A stretch of DNA of 64,000 nt, from contig OY970342.1 in NCBI GenBank assembly GCA_963717505.1, positions 2,240,001 through 2,304,000 of the forward strand, written 5' to 3'. The notes beneath the pieces were generated by a model. It saw only the letters and a list, made by a program, of their open reading frames with translations. It made no database searches and was not told the DNA's origin. Shown here in pieces: positions 57,262 to 64,000 of the stretch (position 1 is its first letter; each line of letters opens with the position of its first letter). The translations under genes and the position numbers were made by a program. The stretch comes from Candidatus Eiseniibacteriota bacterium. Lineage in GTDB: Bacteria > Eisenbacteria > RBG-16-71-46.

Positions 57262-58434
57262 TTAGCGCGTGCTCGCCCCGGCCGCCGGTGCCGCGACCTC
57301 TGCCCCGGCTGCGGATTCGCGGGCGCGCCGGCGCTCGGCGGCGCTCAGGAACGCCACCGAGACCAGGATCAGCAACAGCGAAACCCAGTCCGGCAGGCTC
57401 GGAGGCCGGCTGCCGAACCCCCACCACAGCAGCAGCGTCGCCGCGGTTCCCGCAATCAGGGACGTGAGCCGGTTGACCAGCCCGGTGAACGTCGCCGTTC
57501 GCCCATGGAACATGAACAGGAATACCGAGAAGAAGGCGACGATGCCGAATGGGATGCCCGACAGGACTGCGATCAAATCCGGTGCCAGCAGCGTGGCGCG
57601 CGCCTCGGCGACGCTCGGGTCGGTCCAGCCGAGGCGCGGGGCCATCAGCAGCAGCAGCGCCACGAGCCCGAGGGTTGCGCTGGCCGCGATCTGCTCGATC
57701 GCGAAGTACCCGTGGTTGTCCTGGCGGACGCCGGCCGCCCGCGTGTTCTTGAAGTAGTTCATGATGTACAGGCGAATCGAGTACGCGACCACGTAGATCG
57801 CGAGGATGGTGAGGGCCGGCGCCGAGCGCAGGAAGTCGAAGCCTCCCGCCAGAGCCGCCGCAGGGATGCCGAGGCTGGCCTCGAGGTCGACGCCTCGTTC
57901 GGCCAGCAGGTCGGCGATCGGCACCAGCAGGACGTGGGTGCCGATCGCGAGCAGCGCGAACAACACCGCCCAGTTCTCCTCGGGAGCGACGCGCCGGCGC
58001 AGGATGCCCTGCCGGATCTGGATCGCGTCCACCACGCGGCTGATGACGATGACGCTGCCGCGCATGATCACCATCGCGACCATGACCGAGATCGGCAGGG
58101 TGTACATGAGCGTGGTGGTCGGGATGATGGCCGCGGTGCAGACGCCGGAGGGCACGATGTACAGCGCCTCGACCGGGAACCGGACCCCGCCCCACGACAC
58201 GGTGCGGTTGGTCTCGAGGCGCACCCAGCCGAGGACGATCACCACCAGCAGGCAGAGCAGCGTGCCGCCCAGTGTGTTGTTCACCAGGTAGGAGACATCG
58301 GAAAGCGGGGGCACCCGGATGCCGCCAGTGAAGTACTTGGCCGCGATCCCGGTCAGGACATAGGCCGAGAAGTAGCCGGCGCAGAGCTGGAGCAGCCGGG
58401 CCGTGCTGTCCGGCGCGCTCCGCCAGAAGCTCAT
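57262..58434 (-). CDS. Multi-pass membrane protein (possibly DMT-like transporter)
   Basis: ~10 TM segments; overlaps the 5'-nucleotidase stop. Confidence 0.7.
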   Translation of the reverse strand: MSFWRSAPDSTARLLQLCAGYFSAYVLTGIAAKYFTGGIRVPPLSDVSYLVNNTLGGTLLCLLVVIVLGWVRLETNRTVSWGGVRFPVEALYIVPSGVCTAAIIPTTTLMYTLPISVMVAMVIMRGSVIVISRVVDAIQIRQGILRRRVAPEENWAVLFALLAIGTHVLLVPIADLLAERGVDLEASLGIPAAALAGGFDFLRSAPALTILAIYVVAYSIRLYIMNYFKNTRAAGVRQDNHGYFAIEQIAASATLGLVALLLLMAPRLGWTDPSVAEARATLLAPDLIAVLSGIPFGIVAFFSVFLFMFHGRTATFTGLVNRLTSLIAGTAATLLLWWGFGSRPPSLPDWVSLLLILVSVAFLSAAERRRARESAAGAEVAAPAAGASTR

Positions 58435-60098
58435 GGACGGCCGGTCTGCACCCAGCGCCCGTCGTTCGCTGGCTTCAGTTCCTTCACTCTGCGGATGTAG
58501 CGACTCACCACCTCGCGATCGGTGGTGCCCGCCGGGTAGAACGCCTCGTTGGGCAGAGCGGTCAGGCGCCCGAACCCGCTGTTTCCCTCGGCGAGGTAGT
58601 CGGTGAGCGCCATGGTGTAGGTGCGCGTCGTGTCGAGCGGGCTGCCGCCGACCTCGAAGCTCACGATCCGCGAGCCCTCGGGCCGCGACAGATCGAAGCG
58701 CACCTTCATTCCGGAGACGAAGATGCCGCCGCCGCGGCCGCGCAGCTTGTCCTCGATCAGGTCGCGCAGCATCACTCCCGGGACCGTGGCCAGCACCATC
58801 TGGTTGTTGAACGGCATGACCTCGAGCAGGTCACGCTCGGTGATCGGCCCAGCCTGGATCGCGCGGCGGATGCCGCCGGTGTTCTGCACCGCGAGGTCGG
58901 CGTTCAGCTCTTCGCGAAAGGCGTCGGCGACCACGAAGCCCAGGAGCCCGCTCTCGGGCGAGACACCCTCGAGCAGGACACCGGCCCTGCCGACCTCGAC
59001 CTCGAGCCCGGCTTCGGCGATCGCGACCTGACCGCCGAGGATCGCCGCCTCGGCCGAATCGGGCCACACTTCCTCCTCGAGCGTGGTGAGCAGGGCGCCG
59101 CGATCGAAGTGAGTCTCGTAGCCGACCAGGCTGCGGGTCGGGCGGTCGACGAGCAGGGTCACGTGTCCGAGGCTCGAGCCGTTGGCGTAGGGCTCGAACA
59201 CCAGAGTGTGCGTGCGCGGGTCCTGCCACGGGCGGTCGTAGCCCTGGTGGGTGTGCCCGCCGAAGATCACGTCGACGCCGTGGGCCAGGCGCGCCAGCTC
59301 CATCGCGTCGTTGCCGAAGTGGCGCAGCTCGCCACGCGATTCGCGCTCGACCATCCGCTGGTACTCGGCGTCGATGTTCTGCCGATAGGGCAGGCCGTGG
59401 TGGAACAGGACGAAGACCAGGTCGGCCCCGGCCTCGCGCACGCGCCGGACGTCGTCGTCGATCTGGTCGGCGACCGGCCGAAACTCGAGCCCGGCGACGT
59501 TGCGCTCGAACGACATGTGGATGGTGGACTCCGTGATGTAGCCGAGGATCCCGATCTTCAGGTCCTCGATCTCGACCATCAGATGGTCGCGCACCCAGGG
59601 CACGCGCGCGCCGGTGGACTTCTCGTACAGGTTGGCGCACAGGACCGGAAACTCCGCCATGCGGCCGAGACGTTCGGTGTTTTCGCGCCCGAGGTCGAAG
59701 TCATGGTTGCCGAGGGTCGCGGCGTCGTAGCGCATCCGGTTCATCCACTCGATGATCGCAGCACCCCGGGTGTGGGCCCCGAGCGGGGTGCCCTGGAACA
59801 TGTCGCCGCAATCGAAGAGCAGGACCCGCCGGCCGTCGACGGCGGCCTGGGATCGAACCGTGTCCAGATAGGTCGCCACCGAGGCGCCGCCGCCGAGAGG
59901 CGGCGGGAACTCCGGGTTCATGAACGTCGCCCGGCCGCGGTCGATGTGTCCATGAACGTCGCTGGTGAACAGCACGTCGAGGCGCAACGTGCGCGGGTCG
60001 CGAGCTTCGGCGGCGACGGCCGGTGCCGCCGCCAGGGCCGCGAGCCAGGTCAGGAGCAGCATCGCCCGCCGCGTGCGGGTCGAAGGAACGTGTCTCAT
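58431..60098 (-). CDS. 5'-nucleotidase / metallophosphoesterase (UshA-like)
   Basis: Signal peptide; DVHGH, GDMFQG, GNHDFD, GGHTH, NTGGIR, MPFNN. Confidence 0.93.
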   Translation of the reverse strand: MRHVPSTRTRRAMLLLTWLAALAAAPAVAAEARDPRTLRLDVLFTSDVHGHIDRGRATFMNPEFPPPLGGGASVATYLDTVRSQAAVDGRRVLLFDCGDMFQGTPLGAHTRGAAIIEWMNRMRYDAATLGNHDFDLGRENTERLGRMAEFPVLCANLYEKSTGARVPWVRDHLMVEIEDLKIGILGYITESTIHMSFERNVAGLEFRPVADQIDDDVRRVREAGADLVFVLFHHGLPYRQNIDAEYQRMVERESRGELRHFGNDAMELARLAHGVDVIFGGHTHQGYDRPWQDPRTHTLVFEPYANGSSLGHVTLLVDRPTRSLVGYETHFDRGALLTTLEEEVWPDSAEAAILGGQVAIAEAGLEVEVGRAGVLLEGVSPESGLLGFVVADAFREELNADLAVQNTGGIRRAIQAGPITERDLLEVMPFNNQMVLATVPGVMLRDLIEDKLRGRGGGIFVSGMKVRFDLSRPEGSRIVSFEVGGSPLDTTRTYTMALTDYLAEGNSGFGRLTALPNEAFYPAGTTDREVVSRYIRRVKELKPANDGRWVQTGRP

Positions 60099-61441
60099 GG
60101 CGTGCCTCCTGCGCACGATTCGCCGCCGTGCGCGGCGGGGGCGCCCGGTACGTGGACGCTGGCCGATTCGACCACCTCGACCTGGAAGCTCACGCCGTCG
60201 GTGACGACGGTGATGTTCAGGCCGCTGTCGCCGCTCAACGCGACGCCCAGGGGCTCGGCGCGATCCGAGGCGAACACGTGAATACTGCGCTCGTGCATGC
60301 GACCGAGCACCGCCGTGGTCGGCAGCGTGCCCGAGAACGACTCGTAGCTCGTGATCGGGATCAGGCCGACGCGCGGGTTGACCTCGTCCAGGTAGGCGGC
60401 GCTGCTCGCGTCGTTGACCCCGTGGTGGTGGATCTTGAGCACCTCGCTGTCGAGCGGTTGGCCGCTCTGGAGGATGGCGTTCTCCGCCGGGCCCTCAGCA
60501 TCGCCGCCGAGCACCACCTCGACGTCTCCGAATCCGACGCGGAGCACGACCGAGTCGTTGTTGAGCCAGTCGTCGTCGTCGGCCCCACCCAGGGCCTGGC
60601 CGCCACCGGCGTTGAGCGTGTGCACGCGCACGTCCGGGTCCCAGGCCAGGGCGGGGTTCGACGCGTCGTTGTCGCCCGGCAGCAGGGTACGGCGGGGAAT
60701 GCCGCGGCTCGTGAGCAGGGCCAGGAGCTCGTCGTAGGCGCTGCGGGAGGCCGACGGCGCCGGTCCTTCGAGGAAGGCGTCGACGGTGTAGGCGCCGAGC
60801 ACGCCGTCCAACGGAGTCGAGGCGTCGCCGATCATGCCGCCGATGTGGTCGGCGTGGATGTGGGTCGCGATCACCGCGTCGAGCCGGGTGATCGCGGCGT
60901 CGCTCAGGTAGCGGTTGACGTTGACCCAGTCCCGCCGCTCGCCGGCGTCGATCAGGACCCGGCGGCCGGTGCCCGGCATGGTCAGCAGGTGCGAATCGCC
61001 GAAGCCGACGTCGATCATGGTCCAGCGCAGCGTGGGTCGCTGGTTGGTGGCGTTGGTGAACGTGAACGAGTACTCGGCGCTGACCGCCATCCCGCCGCCG
61101 GACGGCTCGTCGATCAGCTGCAGGTGCACGGTCTCGCCGGCGCCGATCCCGAGCAGCGGGACCCGATGCTGGGTCACGAGTTGGCGATCGGCGCGTTGGG
61201 CCGCCGCCGGATAGGCGACCGCCGAATATTGCGATGGCGCGCGTCCGAAGCGGACCCAGCCGCGGGTCGGCACGGTGGTGGTCCACACGATGGAGTCACC
61301 ATCGAGCGCGACGCCGCTGGTCAAAGGCGGCGCGATCGGCGAGGGCGACTGGCATCCCGCGAGGAGGATCAGGATCCACAGCCAGAGGAGCCCCGTGAGT
61401 CCGAAACCGCGCGCTGCGCTGGGATGCGTCATCGTGTCCAC
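60095..61441 (-). CDS. ComEC/Rec2-type metallo-beta-lactamase-fold lipoprotein (nuclease-like)
   Basis: Lipobox LAGC; DVGFGDS, THIHADHIGG, NNDSVV, GDAE, KIHHHG; no ComEC membrane domain. Confidence 0.88.
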   Translation of the reverse strand: MDTMTHPSAARGFGLTGLLWLWILILLAGCQSPSPIAPPLTSGVALDGDSIVWTTTVPTRGWVRFGRAPSQYSAVAYPAAAQRADRQLVTQHRVPLLGIGAGETVHLQLIDEPSGGGMAVSAEYSFTFTNATNQRPTLRWTMIDVGFGDSHLLTMPGTGRRVLIDAGERRDWVNVNRYLSDAAITRLDAVIATHIHADHIGGMIGDASTPLDGVLGAYTVDAFLEGPAPSASRSAYDELLALLTSRGIPRRTLLPGDNDASNPALAWDPDVRVHTLNAGGGQALGGADDDDWLNNDSVVLRVGFGDVEVVLGGDAEGPAENAILQSGQPLDSEVLKIHHHGVNDASSAAYLDEVNPRVGLIPITSYESFSGTLPTTAVLGRMHERSIHVFASDRAEPLGVALSGDSGLNITVVTDGVSFQVEVVESASVHVPGAPAAHGGESCAGGTP

Positions 61442-61444
61442 CCG

Positions 61445-62692
61445 CTAGAAATTGGCCTGGATGCCGAGCGTGATCCGGGCGCTGGTGTCCTCGACTCGAT
61501 CGTTGCCGGCGCCCACCGCCGGACCCTGCTCATCGCGCGGCCATACCGGTTCCTGCCAGCTCGTACGCTTCACCACCTCGCCGCCGAAGTCGATGCTCAG
61601 ATTCTGCACCCGATAGCCAATGCCGAGGGTGATCGCGGCGCGGTCCGCCTCGCGCTGGGCGTAGGACCTCGAGTAGCGGAAGCCGATCCGTCCCGGGAGC
61701 GCATTGTAGTAGACGTGCTCGAGGCCGAACCGGACGTCCCAGGTGTCATCCAGCTGGAGACCGGGCTGGAGGCCGTCTTCGACCTCGGACCAGTTCATCC
61801 AGACGAGGTCCATGGCGAAGGTCGTGCGGTGCGAGTTGCGGGGTCGAAAGGCGGCCGCCCCCTGAACGCGCAGCGGCAGCTCGAGGTCGGTGCTCGACGC
61901 CGACGGCGAGATGACGACGCCGTTCTGGGTCTGGGTGTAGTCGTTGTCCAGCGTCGGGCTGCTTTCGATGGCGATCGACGTCTGCAGCCGCTCGTTGATG
62001 CGCGCCGAGCCGCCCAGAGTCACCGACACGCCCGAGAGCCGGCGCTCGAGCTCGGTGACGCTGGCGCTGGACGTGCTGGTGTGGGGCACCAACGCGTCCC
62101 GGCTCGAGACCACGCCTTGGTACCAGTTGATCGCCAGACCGACGGCGCTTCCCGGCCGGATCGGAAGCGCAGCCCCCAGCGAGGTCGCGCGGATCACGCC
62201 CTCGGTGGTGATGAAGCGCTCGGCCAGGAGCTCGTCCGAGGTCGACGTGCTTCGGCGTTCGTCGTAGTAGTCGTAACGCGGGTCGTAGCGGTCGAACAGG
62301 CCGAGGCCCACCGCCAGCCCGCTCGCAATCCCCGAATCCCAGACGATCCCGCCGGAGAGCGCCGCATACTGGTGATCGTTCACAGCGATCGCCGCATCGT
62401 CGACGAAGGAGTCGAACGTGTCGAACAGCGGCACGAAGCGGACCTCGCTCGACCGCGCCAGCCCGACGCTCAGGTCCAGCCGGGAGCCGCGCGTGATCGC
62501 CATGCCCGCCGGGTTGTCCACCAGACTGTACGCCCCCTGGTTCAGGGCCGATCCGGCGCCGCCCATCGAGCGCGACCGCACCGACTGGCCGAGCTCCGGC
62601 GTCCCGTAGTAGCGGTCGAGCGCCGAGTCGGCCGCCACCGGGCCCGCGGCCAGGGCCGCGCCCAGGGCCGTCCACATCACCCATCGTTTCAT
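61445..62692 (-). CDS. FadL/PorV-like outer-membrane beta-barrel
   Basis: Signal peptide; RSRSMGGAG, NPAG; terminal ITLGIQANF. Confidence 0.8.
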   Translation of the reverse strand: MKRWVMWTALGAALAAGPVAADSALDRYYGTPELGQSVRSRSMGGAGSALNQGAYSLVDNPAGMAITRGSRLDLSVGLARSSEVRFVPLFDTFDSFVDDAAIAVNDHQYAALSGGIVWDSGIASGLAVGLGLFDRYDPRYDYYDERRSTSTSDELLAERFITTEGVIRATSLGAALPIRPGSAVGLAINWYQGVVSSRDALVPHTSTSSASVTELERRLSGVSVTLGGSARINERLQTSIAIESSPTLDNDYTQTQNGVVISPSASSTDLELPLRVQGAAAFRPRNSHRTTFAMDLVWMNWSEVEDGLQPGLQLDDTWDVRFGLEHVYYNALPGRIGFRYSRSYAQREADRAAITLGIGYRVQNLSIDFGGEVVKRTSWQEPVWPRDEQGPAVGAGNDRVEDTSARITLGIQANF

Positions 62693-62712
62693 GGCAATCC
62701 TCCTCGTTCGCG

Positions 62713-64000
62713 TCACAGCGAATAGTCCAGTTGCAGGCGGAACCAGCTGCGGCTGTCCCGCGCGTTGGTCGCATCCGGCGTCGGCGGCACCAGATTCCCG
62801 AAGTCGCGGAAGTCCACGTAGGTCCGGGTCAGCTGGTGGTCGTTCGTCCACTTGAAACGCCACGACAGGCGGTCGGACAGGCGGCTGCGCATCAGGAACC
62901 AGTTGCGGAATCCCTTGCCGTCCATGACCGCGAATTCGTTGTCCTCGTAGTTGTAGAGGAATCCGTCGTAGACCTGGGTCGAGAACGTGAAGCTCAGGTA
63001 GTCGCTGATGTTGTGGGTGAACGCCGCCTGGAGCGCGTGCCCCGGCTCACCGCGCACCGCGGTGGTGTCGCCCTGGACGTCCCCGCCCGACGCCGGGCCG
63101 CTCAGTCGCCCGCGCTCCGCGAACGTGACGTTCCCGGTCGAGTACAGGAAGCGGACCTGGTCGTAGCTCGACAGGTTCGCGATCAGCTCGATGCGCGTGT
63201 CCCATGCATGGAAGGCGCGAATGTCGTCGGGCCGGTGGCCGTGGCGGCCGGAGTCGGAATGGCGAACGCGGACGCGCAGCGGGAAGATCGGTCGATACTC
63301 GAGTCGCACGACGAAGCGGCGCAGGTCGGCGTCGTCGGCCGCCCGGTACCAGGTGTCGTACTCGAGCCCCGAGAGCAGGAGCGGGCGACTGAACTGGTAG
63401 CGGGTGTTGAAGTACCAGCCGCGCTCGGACTTGGGCTGCGGCAGGTAGCGCGACAACTGCGCCCAGTAGGGATTGCGCAGGCGGAAGGCGTTGCCGTCGA
63501 GGATGGTCTGCTCGTAGCGCATGTCCTCGCTGAACGCGCGCGAGTAGGGATTGTCGTAGCCGATGTCGTAGTCGCGGTAGAGCGCCAGGGCGTTGAAGTT
63601 CTCGTACTGGACATAGCCCTGGGCGAGGAACGCCTCGGGACCGGCCGAGAAGATGCGGTCCAGGGTGCCGCCGTTGGGCGCGGTCTCCAGCTTGGCGTAC
63701 TCGGTGGCGAGCGCGACGTTGCGCCACACCGAGGCGCCTTCTGCGCCCCAGACGCGGCGGTAGTTACCGAGCGCCATGCTGTTGTACGCGGCGCCGATCT
63801 CGGCGTCGCGGTCCTCGATCCGGCCGGGGTCGATGACGATCTTGGTCGGATCGGGATTCCAGCGATCGGCGACCGGTCCGTCGAACAACAGGTTCTCGCT
63901 GCGGATGTTGAGCCCGGTGGCGCCGACGTACACGGTCGGCGCGAGCAGCACGCGCACGTTGCCGGCGGTGACCGTCTCCTCCATGACATCGCGCATCGGC
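62713..64000 (-). CDS. Large outer-membrane barrel-like protein, 3' part; runs off the right edge
   Basis: Aromatic-rich amphipathic strands; terminal FRLQLDYSL. Confidence 0.7.
   Translation of the reverse strand, partial: PMRDVMEETVTAGNVRVLLAPTVYVGATGLNIRSENLLFDGPVADRWNPDPTKIVIDPGRIEDRDAEIGAAYNSMALGNYRRVWGAEGASVWRNVALATEYAKLETAPNGGTLDRIFSAGPEAFLAQGYVQYENFNALALYRDYDIGYDNPYSRAFSEDMRYEQTILDGNAFRLRNPYWAQLSRYLPQPKSERGWYFNTRYQFSRPLLLSGLEYDTWYRAADDADLRRFVVRLEYRPIFPLRVRVRHSDSGRHGHRPDDIRAFHAWDTRIELIANLSSYDQVRFLYSTGNVTFAERGRLSGPASGGDVQGDTTAVRGEPGHALQAAFTHNISDYLSFTFSTQVYDGFLYNYEDNEFAVMDGKGFRNWFLMRSRLSDRLSWRFKWTNDHQLTRTYVDFRDFGNLVPPTPDATNARDSRSWFRLQLDYSL

Noticed and set aside
60023-62725. 900-aa plus-strand ORF
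   Set aside because: Antisense to well-supported minus-strand genes

Overview
High-GC bacterial chromosomal window; the gene content suggests the FCB group, resembling Candidatus Eisenbacteria (inference from FlgD-Ig/T9SS-like C-terminal domains, an SWGxVKxRY tail, spoVG and selA). Most of it is housekeeping: cinA-thpR-recA-recX-alaS; rfbA-rfbD-gmhA-UbiA-ispE-spoVG-tRNA-Gln-prs-rplY-pth-rpsF-ssb-rpsR-DUF2232-rplI; livKHMGF; selA-smc-ftsY; radC-archease. The unusual parts are: (1) a ~6.8 kb insert between thpR and recA carrying a structured leader, a small secreted GDPDDP-motif peptide and a TPR + sigma-54 activator with a compositionally distinct N-terminus and a 1-nt frameshift, a candidate peptide-signalling system; (2) a sigma-54 promoter whose predicted +1 coincides with a ~155-nt, almost fully paired non-coding segment just behind a GAF-type sigma-54 activator; (3) a sharply bounded patch of atypical codons inside alaS; (4) a DUF6338-like gene plus a Pro/Lys-rich peptide between recA and recX; (5) a minus-strand operon (barrels, MBL nuclease, 5'-nucleotidase, membrane protein) suggesting DNA/nucleotide scavenging. 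No CRISPR array, rRNA, transposase or integrase was seen. All calls come from reading motifs by eye; no database search was run.
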